DNA of 63,997 nucleotides, filler included, from Octopus bimaculoides (taxonomy: Eukaryota), in assembly GCF_001194135.2 (NCBI RefSeq). It is 7 parts of 7 records of this genome, joined end to end, with 100 filler letters (N's around TTAATTAATTAA, not from the genome) between each part and the next. Parts side by side here need not be neighbours in the genome. Positions count along the whole stretch, not along the records: positions 62,726 to 63,997 come from NW_026367775.1; 6 more parts are not named here. One strand, 5' to 3'. The notes beneath the pieces are model-generated. The model was not told where the DNA came from. It was given only the letters and a program-made list of their open reading frames with translations, and ran no database searches. A program made the position numbers and the translations under genes. Below are positions 62,726 to 63,997 of the stretch, piece by piece (positions within the stretch are counted from its first letter, which is position 1; the number at the start of each line of letters is the position of its first letter).

Positions 62726-62885
62726 CTTTACGTTCTGAGTTCAAATTGCGCCGAGGTCGACTTTGCCTTTCATCCCTTTTGAGGTCGATAAAATAAGCAC
62801 CAGCTGAGCACTGGGGCCGATTTAATCGATTTATCTTCGCCCCAAAGTTGCTGGCCTTGCACCAAAATTTGCAACCGACATAATC
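62726..62885 (+). mobile_element. SINE family A
   Basis: ctttacgttctgagttcaaattgcgccgaggtcgactttgcctttcatccct..gaggtcgataaaataagcaccag. Confidence 0.8.
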
Positions 62886-62959
62886 ATAAACTGTGGACAT
62901 CGTTGGTTATTTACTGCGTGAAGGGGTGTTTCTCTTGCATATGTCAGAAATGTGTTACT

Positions 62960-63915
62960 TCTTTACCGCATCTACCTCACAGATGTACAATAACTATATC
63001 AGACTTGTATTACAACTCTGTTATAATTGTCTCATAATTATACCAGAGCTGTATCACATCTACGTTGTACTGTATCGTAACTACATCATAGCTGGACTAC
63101 GACCACACTTCATACAACACAGCTGTGTCACTACCACGTCAATTGTATCTTAAGCAAATTACAGCGGTAGCACAATTGTGTTACAACTATGTCACAATTA
63201 TATCGTAGCTGGACTACAACTACGCGTCATACATCACAGCTGTATCACAACTACGTTATAATCGTCTCATAACTACACCACAGCTGTTTTACAGCCAATT
63301 TATAATTGAATCATAACATCACAACTGTATCACAAGTACGTTATAATGGTTTGACAACTGTATCACAGCTGCTTCATAATTATCTAATAAGTACATCACA
63401 GTTACGTTTTAACTGCATCTTAACTGTATAACAACTGGACTACGAGTACATATCATACATCATATCAGTGTCACAACTACATCATAACTACAACAAACTT
63501 ATATCGCAGCTACACTATAACTGTATCATAACTACATCACAACAACACCATAAATACGCCACAAATGTATCATAAGTAAATCGTAGCTGTACTACAACAA
63601 CGTCATAATTATGTTGTAACTACATCACAACTATGTCATAACAATATCATAACATCGCAGCTTTACCACAAGAACATCACAAATATAACATTCTTTATCA
63701 CGTTTGTATGACAACTACATCACAAATTAATCATAATTACATTACAGCTGTATAACAACATTATACCTAGTTCATAACTACATCACAACTCTACCAATAT
63801 TATCACAACTGTATTTTAACTATAACACAGCCTATAACATGGCTGTGCTTAAACTGTCGCAAATGTATTACATCATATCAGATCAATACTGTATCACATC
63901 TTAGCAGCACCATAA
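62960..63915. repeat. Degenerate A/C-rich minisatellite (~11-12 nt units such as ATCACAACTAC / ATCATAACTAC / ATCACAGCTGT)
   Basis: About 1 kb of recurring units, with the landmark GCTGGACTAC at 63091, 63208, ~63434 and ~63586. Confidence 0.8.
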
Positions 63916-63997
63916 CATTATAGCAGTATTACGATTGTCTTTGAACATTAATCTCTGTTTCCCGCCCATTTCATCTGTCCATCTTTCCTCCCATCAA

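Overview
Eukaryotic, AT-rich, heavily gapped scaffold window with about 17 N-runs, six of which contain an artificial TTAATTAATTAA linker. The dense CA/TA/GATA/CATA microsatellites, the tRNA-derived SINE families and the TE spectrum suggest a coleoid cephalopod, probably Octopus (inference, not verified). I could not identify an intact host gene, and most ORFs in the supplied track are microsatellite or N-gap artefacts. The window is a transposon graveyard. It holds at least five Penelope-like element (PLE) fragments clustered at 26.7-41.2 kb, mostly bounded by (TA)n: three Naiad-type, one Neptune-type and one inverted-pLTR complex. It also holds several minimal type-I hammerhead ribozymes, an internally deleted hAT with TSD, a hAT MITE nested in a SINE, four Tc1/mariner remnants, a piggyBac deletion derivative, RTE, CRE and R4/Dong-like LINE fragments, many SINEs, several fold-back structures, a probable 28S rDNA fragment and a degenerate satellite. 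The most notable system is the PLE/hammerhead cluster. It fits known PLE biology, and I cannot claim novelty without database searches. Family assignments come from motifs I recognise, and most element boundaries are approximate.
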